In this document: positions 21,650 through 30,860 of the stretch, in pieces | Numbering within the stretch: position 1 is the stretch's first letter | Layout of the letters: every line of letters begins with the position of its first letter | NCBI GenBank assembly: GCA_040307025.1 | Contig: JAWRKJ010000291.1 | Coordinates: forward strand, 1 to 59,668 | DNA: 59,668 nucleotides | Direction: 5' to 3' | Origin: Desulfovibrionaceae bacterium | GTDB taxonomy: Bacteria > Desulfobacterota > Desulfovibrionia > Desulfovibrionales > Desulfovibrionaceae | Notes under the pieces: generated by a model | What the model was told of the DNA's origin: nothing | The model's input: the letters and a program-made list of their open reading frames with translations, nothing else | Database searches by the model: none | Made by a program: the position numbers and the translations under genes

Positions 21650-22215
21650 GGGTCCCCCCTGGGGTTGCCGAGCTCGGTCCAGCTGCGCAGCCGGGCACGT
21701 CTGGCAGCTGTGTCCCGCCGGCGTTTTTCGACGCTGCCGAACAACGGCAACCGCTGCCAAAGTGGCCACATGCCGAGCCGCAGCAGGATATAAATTCCCA
21801 GAAAAACGGCATTGTAGCGTACGGTATGGCCCGGAAGGAAGGGAATGTCCACCCCGCTGAAGCGTCCGTCCAGCCAGGCCAGGGCAAAGGGCAGGGGCCA
21901 GATGGACACGGAAAAAAGCGCCGCCCCGGCGAAAAAGGATTTGCCGAAGGCCTCGTTCGCCTCTGTGTTGGCGGCCTTGTAGGCTTCCTTGTTGCGGGCT
22001 TCGATGGCGGCCACGGACAAGTTGTGCATGCGCACCATCTCGGCCTCTTCCTTGGTGTAATGGCCGCGGTTGAAAAGCCAGGTCAGGTCATAGGTGAGGC
22101 GGCCGAGAACCAGGCTCGCCAGGGCCAGCACCAGGGTGCCCAGATAGAAGCCGGCCACCGGGTTGGCGACGAGGCGGTAGGGGGCGATGCAGATGGCGTC
22201 GAAGAGTTCGGTCAC
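21646..22215 (-). CDS. Conserved hypothetical membrane protein (about 3 TMs)
   Basis: VTELFDAICIAPYRL...YKAANTEANEAFGKSFF...WPLPFALAW. RBS GAGGG precedes GTG 22215; the stop overlaps the next start. Confidence 0.72.
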   Translation of the reverse strand: MTELFDAICIAPYRLVANPVAGFYLGTLVLALASLVLGRLTYDLTWLFNRGHYTKEEAEMVRMHNLSVAAIEARNKEAYKAANTEANEAFGKSFFAGAALFSVSIWPLPFALAWLDGRFSGVDIPFLPGHTVRYNAVFLGIYILLRLGMWPLWQRLPLFGSVEKRRRDTAARRARLRSWTELGNPRGDP

Positions 22216-22326
22216 GATTCCCTCGTTGTGCGCGTTGACGAACCGTACCACAACCGGCGTTCCTGGGGAACGGGCTGTCCGGCCTTTGTTTGGCCCGTAC
22301 CCCGGGGAGCGGTCGGATACGGGCAT

Positions 22327-22355
22327 AAAAAAAGCCCCGGGCCGAGGCCCGGGGC
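22327..22355 (-). terminator. Rho-independent terminator after the tauE-like gene
   Basis: Minus strand GCCCCGGGCC-TC-GGCCCGGGGC followed by T7. Confidence 0.8.
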
Positions 22356-22379
22356 CAGGCAGGGGAGGTGGGATTCCCC

Positions 22380-23525
22380 TTAGATATTGATGGCGAAGAA
22401 ACCGCGCAGCACATAGCGGGCGCCGACATACAGGGCGAGCACGATAAACAGGCGCTTGAGCCAGATGTCGGGGATGTACTTGGACGTGCGCGGGCCGATG
22501 ATGGAGCCGATGACGATGCCGATCAGTTCGATGCCGATCAGGTGCCAGTGAATGGACACGCCGCCGGACATGAAGGTGGTGATCGAGGTGATCATGCCGA
22601 CCAGCACGGCCAGGGCCGAGGTGCCGGCGGCCAGATACATGGGCAGTTGGGCCACGTTGGTCAAAAAGGGCACGAGCAGGAAGCCGCCGCCGACACCCAG
22701 GAATGCGGCCACGCCGGCGATGACGATGCCGCCGATGAACGGGATCAACGGGTTGAAGCCGAACTGCACGCCGTAGAAGGTAAAGGTGACGCGGGTCAGG
22801 GAGATCGAGGTCACCTTGACGCCCAGGGCCTTGGTGTCGACCTTTTCCCCGCTTTTCTGGCGCTTGACGGTTTCCTCGAAGGCCTTGGCCGCTTCCTTGG
22901 CCTGCTTTTTCCCCGCCTGGGCCCGGGAAGTGGTGCCCCAGAAGAGATAGGCGCCCAGGAACAGGACGAACAGACCGAAATAGCCCTGGTAGGCCGAGAA
23001 GGACACCTTCCCCTGGGACAGGGTCACCGACAGCCAGCTGCCGACGATGGAGCCCGCGCCGAGCGACACGGCCAACGGTAGCACGAGACGGCCCATCTTC
23101 CAGTAGTTGAAGGAGGAAATCAGCGCCGACAGGCCGACCAGCCACTGGTTGGACACGCGGATGGAGTCGGTGACGAGCTTGTTGAGCTGGGGTGCGGTGC
23201 TCTTAAACGACTTGGCGTAGTTGCCGAGGCCGTAGACGGTGATGTGGCCCACGCCGGCCATGACGCCGCCGAAGGCGCCGACCGTGGAGAAAATCCAGCC
23301 CACCCACACGGCCCAGCAGAAGGCCAGGATGAGATTGACCTCGGGCGCGCCGTTGATGCCGAGAAAACCTGCCGGCTTGGACGGGTCGATCTGCCCCGGT
23401 CCCGAGCCCTGGGGAGCCTTGGCAATGGCATCGGCCAGTTTGTCGGCAAAGGCCGGTTCGATCCACAGGGTCAGGGCCGCCAGGGCCAAAAGCCCCACGG
23501 GCAGGGTCAATTTCCAATGTTTCAC
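22380..23525 (-). CDS. TauE/SafE (TSUP) family sulfur-oxyanion permease
   Basis: Two repeats of the TSUP motifs: STVGAFGG and FLGVGGGFLLVP, AAGTS, GSIIG. About 8 TMs plus a signal-like N-terminus. AAGGAGG precedes GTG 23525. Confidence 0.88.
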   Translation of the reverse strand: MKHWKLTLPVGLLALAALTLWIEPAFADKLADAIAKAPQGSGPGQIDPSKPAGFLGINGAPEVNLILAFCWAVWVGWIFSTVGAFGGVMAGVGHITVYGLGNYAKSFKSTAPQLNKLVTDSIRVSNQWLVGLSALISSFNYWKMGRLVLPLAVSLGAGSIVGSWLSVTLSQGKVSFSAYQGYFGLFVLFLGAYLFWGTTSRAQAGKKQAKEAAKAFEETVKRQKSGEKVDTKALGVKVTSISLTRVTFTFYGVQFGFNPLIPFIGGIVIAGVAAFLGVGGGFLLVPFLTNVAQLPMYLAAGTSALAVLVGMITSITTFMSGGVSIHWHLIGIELIGIVIGSIIGPRTSKYIPDIWLKRLFIVLALYVGARYVLRGFFAINI

Positions 23526-23799
23526 CAGGCGCCTCCTTGGTTTGGCAACATTGCCGTCTTGTTTTGCGGCGGGCCGAGCCCAGCCGGATGCAGCACATGG
23601 GGCGCGGACCTGCGTGAGGCCGGGCCCGCGGTCTTCCCTGGCCGACCGGCGACTGGCTGGAACCGCTTGCGGCGACCGGAAACGGGAAGGGGCTGAGGGC
23701 AGGATAGACCATTGCAACTTGGAACTGTCAAGAAAGACGTGCCAATGTGCCACTTTTCGCAAGGGTGGGACCAAATGGAGGGACAAGGTGGGCTGGGCG

Positions 23800-23837
23800 A
23801 TCCCTGACTTTGTGATAATTTTCACAAAGTCAGGGAT
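23800..23837. promoter_or_regulatory. 38-bp palindrome containing a Rex (or Crp/HcpR-type) operator
   Basis: ATCCCTGACTTTGTGA-TAATTT-TCACAAAGTCAGGGAT has perfect 16-bp arms. The core TTGTGATAATTTTCACAA fits the Rex consensus TTGTGAAnnnnTTCACAA. Confidence 0.75.
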
Positions 23838-23935
23838 TAAAAAAGGGCCTCGCCAAACGGCGAAACCCTTTAACCGGATGCACATGGCCGGCACGCTTTT
23901 TTTGACCCAAAGTGCGAGACAGGGCAAGTCTTTTT

Positions 23936-23954
23936 TTGTATGATTTTCATTTTG
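23936..23954. promoter_or_regulatory. Weak Fur-box-like site overlapping a TTGACC -35 element
   Basis: Reverse strand CAAAATGAAAATCATACAA, 12/19 to GATAATGATAATCATTATC. TTGACC-N17-TATACG lies upstream of ATG 24035. Confidence 0.35.
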
Positions 23955-24034
23955 ACCCCTTGTCCCGGCCGGTATATACGGCGTCAGCCCCGGCCCCGCG
24001 ACGGACGGGCCCTACTTCCGGAGGCGTGGCGTCC

Positions 24035-24565
24035 ATGTTCCCTTTTTCGCGGCCCAGAACCATCAAGGATATCGGCGACAAACTGCGCGGCCGCGTCCGC
24101 CGCTACCGACTGCCCCGAAACGGCGGCATGCTGTCCTTTGTCGGGACCTTGCTGACGTTTTACCGCCACCAAAACGGGCCGGAGGCCGCGCCGTTTCCGC
24201 CGGAAGTCGGCTATGTGGACCTGCTGGCCGTCTTCAGGACCCGGGCCGGACGCGCGCTCGTCTATTATATCGTGGCCTGCTCCGGTCACGACGACCTGAC
24301 CCTGCGCCGTGAATACGCCCATGTCTGCCCGGACATCGATGTCCTGGCGGATTTTTTGGACGCCATGACCTATCCCAACAAAGCCTGTTTTGCGGATCGG
24401 ATCGTGGCCGAAGCGGCCGGGCGCCCGGTTTCCCCTCCCCCAGCGGCCACGCCCGAAGCGCCCGACAGGTCCGGTCAAACCGACCGACCGCAAGCGACGG
24501 ACGCAACCGAGACCACCGCCCCCGCGTCCTCTTCCGACCCGTCCCTGCCAGCCGTGGAGCCGTAA
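24035..24565 (+). CDS. Hypothetical protein
   Basis: GGAGG RBS, ATG 24035, Pro/Thr-rich tail. Confidence 0.65.
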   Translation: MFPFSRPRTIKDIGDKLRGRVRRYRLPRNGGMLSFVGTLLTFYRHQNGPEAAPFPPEVGYVDLLAVFRTRAGRALVYYIVACSGHDDLTLRREYAHVCPDIDVLADFLDAMTYPNKACFADRIVAEAAGRPVSPPPAATPEAPDRSGQTDRPQATDATETTAPASSSDPSLPAVEP

Positions 24566-24603
24566 CCCGGCCTTGAGCCTGCCGATCCTGGTCGCCGCGC
24601 CCC

Positions 24604-24630
24604 TAAAGTTCCCCCGGGCAAGGCCGAAAG
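24604..24630 (+). promoter_or_regulatory. Sigma28 (FliA) promoter candidate
   Basis: TAAA-N15-GCCGAAAG (TAAAGTT...GCCGAAAG), 68 nt before ATG 24698. Confidence 0.65.
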
Positions 24631-24697
24631 GCCTTTTGGAAGGACGTCGCATTTCGTGGGCGTCTGTTTCCGGCGCCATAAGTCACGGAGGGCGGCC

Positions 24698-26209
24698 ATG
24701 GACGAGCGGACGAGCGACACGCGGGATCGGCAGGCGAATCCCTGCCCTACGGACGCCCGGCGGGTTTGTCCCGACAATCGTGAAACGGTCGCGGCCTCGC
24801 GGCTGGTTCCGGAACCGCAAGCGCCATCCGGCCCCGGTCCGGGACGTCCGGTGACATTTCGGTCCGGCCCCGGCGGCGAGAGCCCTTGGACCGCGGTGTT
24901 CGGCCTGACCACCGGCGTCACCGTGCTGCCAAGCGGCCTGGCCCGGGAGACCGATGTGGACGGCGAGCGCCTGGAGGTTCTGGAACTCGACGCGACGGGC
25001 CTCGGTGCGATCCAGAACGGCCGGGTGGACGAGACCGCGGCATCCCTTGAGACCGGACGCTACGACCACGACGGCCGGCCCGTGACCCGGCTTGTGGCCG
25101 AATTGCACGGCGTGGAAGGCTTTTCCCCGGCCATGACCGCCGCGGCCTTGCACCGGGACGGGCAATGGTTTGCGGATGGCCTGCTCACCCGGGAACTCCT
25201 CGACGGGGTGCGGGTGTTCACCATTCGGGCTTCCGATCTGGGCGAGCCGTTGCGCGGCACGCACGCGGCCACTCCTGACAGTTTTCATGTCCGCTACACG
25301 GCGAGCCTGCGCGAATATCAGGGGGAAACCCTGCTGCGCGACGCCATTGTTGACCAAACGTGGGACCTGGAGGCTGGGAAGTCCTCAGGCGGTCCGAGCG
25401 TGGGCCACCGTTTTTCCGTGTCCATCACCACCCGGGATGCCCTGGGCCGGCCCGTGCGGACCGTTGCCTGCCACAATACCCTGGAGGCCAACGGGGGCGA
25501 ACGGGAACGTCTGGCCGCCACCTGGTACGATGGCGGCCGGCGACGGGTCGCACTTGCCGGGGAATGCGTCCTCGGCTCCGGCGGCTGGCGCGCCCCGGAC
25601 GCCCTGGCTTGGCGGCTGTCGCCGGCCGGACTCGGGTCCTGCGCCCTGGGTCGGGACGGGTATGCGGCCGCCGGTGACTGCCTGACCGGCGTTTTTCTCG
25701 CCGCCGCCCGGGACGGGGGCCTGTTTCTCGATCCCTTGCGGGAGGCCCTGGCCGCCGGATTGTGCGATCCCTTGGGCGCCGCCACCGATGGCGCCCGCGA
25801 CATCCCCTACGAACTCACCTGGTGCCGGCGGCGCTTCGAGGCCGGCAAGCCCGTGGCCCGGCGCGATGACACGGCTTGGCGTCGGCGGGTCGAACCGGTG
25901 TCCGGCCGCGGGCCGTCGTTGCTTGCCGGGGCCAGCCATACCGACGAACGGTTCTGGAGCGGCCTGTGCATCAGCCGCCAGCGCCTGGAGCTGGCCGAGG
26001 TGCCCCAGGCGGGCGGCTTGGCCACGACATGCACGGCCACGGCCGGCCTGGGCGACCGGTCCCGTCCGGCCACGCGTCTGGTGCCGGGCTGTCTGGCCGG
26101 GGCCGATCCCGAGGCCGGCCGGGCCGCAAGGTCCCTGGCCCGGGAGGCGGCGGCCATCAAGGCCGAGATCGGCCGTCTCCTCAAGCGCCTCGTCACCCCC
26201 GTGGGCTGA
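24698..26209 (+). CDS. Hypothetical protein (503 aa) with two YD-repeat-like segments
   Basis: GGAGGG RBS precedes ATG 24698; segments YDHDGRPVT and RDALGRPVRT. No family recognised. Confidence 0.55.
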   Translation: MDERTSDTRDRQANPCPTDARRVCPDNRETVAASRLVPEPQAPSGPGPGRPVTFRSGPGGESPWTAVFGLTTGVTVLPSGLARETDVDGERLEVLELDATGLGAIQNGRVDETAASLETGRYDHDGRPVTRLVAELHGVEGFSPAMTAAALHRDGQWFADGLLTRELLDGVRVFTIRASDLGEPLRGTHAATPDSFHVRYTASLREYQGETLLRDAIVDQTWDLEAGKSSGGPSVGHRFSVSITTRDALGRPVRTVACHNTLEANGGERERLAATWYDGGRRRVALAGECVLGSGGWRAPDALAWRLSPAGLGSCALGRDGYAAAGDCLTGVFLAAARDGGLFLDPLREALAAGLCDPLGAATDGARDIPYELTWCRRRFEAGKPVARRDDTAWRRRVEPVSGRGPSLLAGASHTDERFWSGLCISRQRLELAEVPQAGGLATTCTATAGLGDRSRPATRLVPGCLAGADPEAGRAARSLAREAAAIKAEIGRLLKRLVTPVG

Positions 26210-26508
26210 CCCTCACCCGGCAACCGGCCGCTCCGGGCGGCCTCCTTGCCGTAGCGCCCGGCCTGCTGGCCTTGAATCCGTGCGGCTGTCTCGTTGCGCT
26301 TTTGAGCGGCGCGGTTTTTGCTCTATTATCTACTTAAAAGATCAAGAAATAGTGTGGCGACAAACAACGCGCAACGTCATGTTTGTGCAATTGTTTGTTT
26401 GCAAAGGCGTGCGCCCATGCTACAGGAAAAACAACTTTCTCCAGCGGAAGCCTGCCTTGGACAACGGCAAGTCCCGGTACGCGCATGAGCCGGGCAGAAG
26501 GAGGAACC

Positions 26509-28179
26509 ATGCGTTTGCGGCATCGCTCCTGGACACCGTTTGGCCTGCTGGCCCTGTTGTGCGGGGCCCTGCTGCTGGGACCGGCCGGACTATCCGGCGC
26601 CGGGGACCAGGAGGCCGACGCGGACAAGGCCCCGGGCCGCCAGCTCGCGCGCAGCGCCGTCAAGGCGCCCGGTGCCCGCTGGACCACGGCCGATCACTCG
26701 AAATTCGAGGTGCTCAAAAAGGACTTCGGCAAGCCCGAGGAAGTAACGGCGGCCTGCCTGTCCTGTCATGACCTGGCCGCCGACCAGATCCACCATGCCA
26801 TCCACTGGACCTGGATCTGCGCCGACTGCGGCGACGGCAAGACCATGGGCAAGTACGGCCGTACCATCAACAACTTCTGCATCTCCGTGCCGACCAATGA
26901 ACCGCGCTGCACCTCGTGCCACATTGGCTACGGCTGGAAGAACAAGAATTTCGACTTCGCCTCCAACGACCGCATCGACTGTCTGGTCTGCCACGACACG
27001 ACCCACACCTACAAGAAGTTCCCCACCAAGGCCGGCTATCCCGTGACCGAGCCCACGGTCTTTCCCGAGGACGGCCAGACCTACCTGCCTCCGGATTACA
27101 AGGCCATCGTGGCCAAGGTCGGCCGGCCGGACCGGCTCAATTGCGGGGCCTGCCACTTCTACGGCGGGGGCGGCGACGGCGTGAAGCACGGCGACCTGGA
27201 CAGTTCCATGGGCCTGCCCAAGAAGTCCCTGGACGTGCACATGGACGTCGACGGCCTTAATTTCACGTGTCAGCGCTGCCACACCACCAAGGAACACCAG
27301 ATCGCCGGCCGGCTCTACACCTCGCCGGCCGCGCCCGAGCGCATCAGCCTCACCGAGGCCGACCTGGCCTCCAAGATCGCCTGCGAGTCCTGCCACGGCC
27401 AAAAGCCGCACAAGAAGGATGCCAAGGCCAATGACCACACCGATAAGGTTGCCTGCCAGGCCTGCCATATCCCCCGCTTCGCCCGGGTGCTGCCGACCAA
27501 GATGTCGTGGGACTGGTCGGCCGCCGGCAAGCTCAATGCCGAAGGCAAGCCGTTCAAGAAGGAAGGCCCGTACGGCAAGCCGGTCTACGATTCCAAGAAG
27601 GGCGATTTCGTCTGGGAAAAAAACGTGGTGCCGCGTTACTACTGGTTCAACGGTGCCATGAGCAACCTGCTCGTGACCGACACTGTGGACCCGAGCCAGA
27701 TGATAAGCGTCAACCACCCGGTGGGCTCGTCCGACGACCCGCGCTCGCGCATCATGCCGTTCAAGCGCCACACCGGCAAACAGCCCTTTGATCCCGTGAA
27801 CAACACCTTGGTTTTTCCGCATCTTTTTGGCCCAAAGGACGATACCGACGCCTTCTGGGTCGGCTTCGACTGGAAGCGGGCCGTCACCGTGGCCATGAAT
27901 GCCGTGGGTCTGCCGTTTTCCGGGGAGGTCGGGTTCGTCTCCACCGAATACTTCTTTCCCATCACCCACATGGTGGCACCCAAGGAGCAGGTGGTGGCCT
28001 GCCGGGAATGCCACACGCGCCAGGGACGCCTGGAAGGCGTGCCCGGGGTGTACGTACCCGGACGCGACATCCATGCCGGCGTGTCCACCGTGGGCTGGGC
28101 GGCCGTGATCGCGGCCCTGGTCGCGGTGTGCGGCCACGGGCTGATCCGCATCGTCTCCCGAGGCAGGAGGAAGCAATGA
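26509..28179 (+). CDS. Octaheme c-type cytochrome, tetrathionate reductase (OTR) family
   Basis: Signal peptide; eight CxxCH motifs (CLSCH, CTSCH, CLVCH, CGACH, CQRCH, CESCH, CQACH, CRECH); GK...INNFC and GGGGDGVKHGDLD; C-terminal TM; AGGAGG RBS. Confidence 0.92.
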   Translation: MRLRHRSWTPFGLLALLCGALLLGPAGLSGAGDQEADADKAPGRQLARSAVKAPGARWTTADHSKFEVLKKDFGKPEEVTAACLSCHDLAADQIHHAIHWTWICADCGDGKTMGKYGRTINNFCISVPTNEPRCTSCHIGYGWKNKNFDFASNDRIDCLVCHDTTHTYKKFPTKAGYPVTEPTVFPEDGQTYLPPDYKAIVAKVGRPDRLNCGACHFYGGGGDGVKHGDLDSSMGLPKKSLDVHMDVDGLNFTCQRCHTTKEHQIAGRLYTSPAAPERISLTEADLASKIACESCHGQKPHKKDAKANDHTDKVACQACHIPRFARVLPTKMSWDWSAAGKLNAEGKPFKKEGPYGKPVYDSKKGDFVWEKNVVPRYYWFNGAMSNLLVTDTVDPSQMISVNHPVGSSDDPRSRIMPFKRHTGKQPFDPVNNTLVFPHLFGPKDDTDAFWVGFDWKRAVTVAMNAVGLPFSGEVGFVSTEYFFPITHMVAPKEQVVACRECHTRQGRLEGVPGVYVPGRDIHAGVSTVGWAAVIAALVAVCGHGLIRIVSRGRRKQ

Positions 28180-28835
28180 CCATGCGTTGCGACAACAACA
28201 CGGCGAGCGGCAAGTTCTATCTCTACACCCGCTACGAACGCTTCTGGCATTGGCTGCAAGCCTTGCTCATTGCCTGCCTGCTGGTGACGGGCCTGGAGGT
28301 GCACGGCACCTTTGAGCTCATCGGCTACAAACGGGCCGTGGCCTGGCACGCGGGCCTGGGCGTGGCCTGGCTCGTGGCCTTTGCCTTCTTCGTCTTTTGG
28401 ATCGCGACCACGGGCGAGTGGCGCCAGTACCTGCCGACCACGAAGAAGATGTTCGAGGTCATGCGCTTTTACGCCTACGGCATTTTCGCCGGCTGGCCCC
28501 ATCCCTGTCCCAAGACGCCCGAGGCCAAGCACAATCCGTTGCAGCGCCTGACCTATCTGGCCCTGGCCGCCATCCTGCTGCCCTTTATGATGATCACAGG
28601 GTTGCTCTATTATCTCTATAACGACTGGGCGAGTCTGGGGCTTGGCGGATTGCGCCTGCCCGTGGTGTCCCTGCTCCATTTGGCCGGGGCGTTCGCGGTG
28701 CTGGTCTTTCTGGTGGTGCACGTCTACATGACCACCACCGGGCACACGCCCCTGGCCCATGTGCGTTCCATGATCACGGGCTGGGAGGACGCCAGCTCCT
28801 GCACCCCGGCCGAGTGGGAGCAACGCTCGGCCTAG
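28176..28835 (+). CDS. Cytochrome b subunit (Ni/Fe-hydrogenase b / PhsC-like membrane anchor)
   Basis: YERFWHWLQ, WHAGLG, KHNPLQRLTY, LLHL...VHVYM, SMITG. Four TMs with heme-ligating His; ATGA overlap with the cytochrome c gene. Confidence 0.9.
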   Translation: MTMRCDNNTASGKFYLYTRYERFWHWLQALLIACLLVTGLEVHGTFELIGYKRAVAWHAGLGVAWLVAFAFFVFWIATTGEWRQYLPTTKKMFEVMRFYAYGIFAGWPHPCPKTPEAKHNPLQRLTYLALAAILLPFMMITGLLYYLYNDWASLGLGGLRLPVVSLLHLAGAFAVLVFLVVHVYMTTTGHTPLAHVRSMITGWEDASSCTPAEWEQRSA

Positions 28836-28849
28836 CCCTGCAAAAGCAA

Positions 28850-28881
28850 ACGCCCCGCCCGGTCTGCCCGTGGCGGGGCGT
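28850..28881. terminator. Hairpin between convergent genes (probable terminator)
   Basis: ACGCCCCGCC-N12-GGCGGGGCGT with an A-rich 5' flank. Confidence 0.5.
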
Positions 28882-28962
28882 CTGGCCTTTCCAAACCGTT
28901 CTTCTCTTGCCCGTTTGCCTATCGTTACGGAAGGCTTACGGCACAACCATCCTGCCTCAAAT

Positions 28963-29000
28963 GGGTTTCCAAAGGGCGCGGCCCTTTGGCCGCCGGAGGC
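28963..29000 (+). repeat. REP-like intergenic palindromic repeat, copy 3
   Basis: GGGTTTCCAAAGGGC-GCG-GCCCTTTGGCCGCCGGAGGC, between convergent genes. Confidence 0.82.
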
Positions 29001-29021
29001 ATCCCTTCTACCGCACGGCCT

Positions 29022-30845
29022 TCACGCCTCGGCGCAGGTCGGGCTCGGGTCGGGACGGGTCTCGTCGTCGAAGCGCCACAACCGGCTTGGCTTGGCAAAG
29101 GAGCGGTTGATGCTTTCGGGCGGGAAATCCCGGCCGAACACGTGGCAGTGGTAGCGCCGGGCATCGTCCTTCAGATCGAAGGCGAACCGGTCCGGGTGCA
29201 GGACATTGGCCAGATGGCGCAGCCCGAGCACCCATTTGGGCGCGCCGAAGTCGCTCGACGGCACCGGCGCCGTATGCACCCGGCCCGTGCGCACGGCCGA
29301 GACGTCGAGGCCCTCCTCCCGGCACAGGCGGCAAAATTCTCCGGGCTCGCAGGACAGAAACGACGAGATGCAGATGACCTCCGGGTCGAGGCGCATGAAG
29401 GTGGCGGCGTCGATGGTCCGGCCGGGCCGGCCCTCCAGTTCCAGCCGGGTGTTGAGGCTTTCCCCGCCGGCCACCGCGGCCAGATGGTTCTCGAACCGGT
29501 CGCCCTTGATGGCGAAAAGCGGCCGGCCCATGGCGTAGTAGACCCGGGGCCGTCGCGTGATCGTGGCCACGCCGGCGCGCACGGGTTCGATCATCTCCGA
29601 CAGGAAGTCGATCAGGCCCTCGGCCGCCGTTCCCCGACCCAGGACCGTGCCGAAATGGCGCACGAGCCCGAAATAGCCGTCAATGGTCTGGATGTCCTTG
29701 TGGAGCTGGTTGAGCATGCGCTCGGCGAGCAGATGCTCCCAGGCGCGCACGACCTCGGCCTGGCTGGTGGCGCCCATGGCCAGGCACAACGATTCCACGA
29801 TTTCCAGGCCCCGGGTGAAGGGATAGCCGCCCTGGAAGGCCTTTTCCCGCAGGGCCGGGAGCGAGACCGGGCCGGTGATGGCCGGACCTGCGCCGCAGCC
29901 GGGACAGATCACGGCGTCGGGTGCGACATCGGGCCCGAGCCCGAGCAGGCGGGCTCCCATGGGGCCGTAGAAATCGCGGTTCACGAGCAGCTTGCCGCAG
30001 TCCGGACAGACCGTGTCCAGTTCCCGGGTGCCCGGGGTGTTGAACACATAGGTGAAGGGCAGCACGGCGCGAAGGCTTCGGGCAAAGCCTTCGGTGTCGG
30101 CGATGGCCGGCTCCAGGGCCGGGTCCGCGTCCTCCAGGGGCACATAGCGCATGAGCTGCAACACGAGGTTCGGGTCGATGGCCGCCAGGACCCCGGCCAG
30201 GCACCGGGTGTCGTCGCGGTTGTCGCGCCGGTCCATGCAGGCGACTTCCACATGGACCCCGGCCTGGCGCAGCGTGCGGATGTTGCGCAGAACCGGCTCG
30301 GGATTGTCGCCGCCGCAGGCGCCGATGCCGGTCCGGGTCAGGCCCTTGATGCCGATGTTGATGCCGTCGAGCAGTTCCAGGAACGGGAGCAGGGAGGCCT
30401 CGGTGAAGTAGGCGTTGGAGGCGCAGCACACGAGCAGCCCCCGGGCCTTGGCTGTCCGGGCCAGACCGAGGAAGGTCTGGTAGGAGGCCAGGGGATCGTT
30501 CATGAGAAAGGCGATGCCCCGGCAGCCGGCGGCCACGGCCATGTCGACCACGGCCTCGGGCGGTAGGTGGCGCAGCACCGGGCTGTCGGGTTGCATTTCC
30601 CGGGCCGTGACCGTGGCGATGCAACCCGGGCAGTCGAAGTTGCAGCCCACGGTGCTCACCTGGAAAAACGGCGCCCCGGGGTGGAAGTGGAGCAGGGGAA
30701 TGGTCTCCACCGAAATGGGGCTGGTGATCAGGTAGCGGTCGGGATAGCGCTCGACCATGCGGCCGCCGTCGTTGCGGTAGCGGCCGCACAGACCAGTGTC
30801 CCCCGGGGTGACCCGGCAGCCCCGTTCGCAGATCATGCAGCGCAT
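29022..30845 (-). CDS. Radical SAM protein (PFL-activase/AmmeMemoRadiSam-like) fused to a C-terminal solute-binding-protein-like domain
   Basis: N-terminal CMICERGC...GLC; PLLHFHPG; CNFDCPGC (CxxxCxxC); CPDC and CPGC knuckles. C-terminal PRVYYAMG...AGG...DPEVI...AVRTGRV...LANVLHPD resembles helical-backbone binding proteins. Confidence 0.82.
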   Translation of the reverse strand: MRCMICERGCRVTPGDTGLCGRYRNDGGRMVERYPDRYLITSPISVETIPLLHFHPGAPFFQVSTVGCNFDCPGCIATVTAREMQPDSPVLRHLPPEAVVDMAVAAGCRGIAFLMNDPLASYQTFLGLARTAKARGLLVCCASNAYFTEASLLPFLELLDGINIGIKGLTRTGIGACGGDNPEPVLRNIRTLRQAGVHVEVACMDRRDNRDDTRCLAGVLAAIDPNLVLQLMRYVPLEDADPALEPAIADTEGFARSLRAVLPFTYVFNTPGTRELDTVCPDCGKLLVNRDFYGPMGARLLGLGPDVAPDAVICPGCGAGPAITGPVSLPALREKAFQGGYPFTRGLEIVESLCLAMGATSQAEVVRAWEHLLAERMLNQLHKDIQTIDGYFGLVRHFGTVLGRGTAAEGLIDFLSEMIEPVRAGVATITRRPRVYYAMGRPLFAIKGDRFENHLAAVAGGESLNTRLELEGRPGRTIDAATFMRLDPEVICISSFLSCEPGEFCRLCREEGLDVSAVRTGRVHTAPVPSSDFGAPKWVLGLRHLANVLHPDRFAFDLKDDARRYHCHVFGRDFPPESINRSFAKPSRLWRFDDETRPDPSPTCAEA

Positions 30846-30860
30846 GGCGTCTCCTTTCCC

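Noticed and set aside
23735-23755. Sigma54 promoter (tandem TGGCAC on the minus strand) upstream of tauE
   Set aside because: No TTGC at the required -12 spacing.
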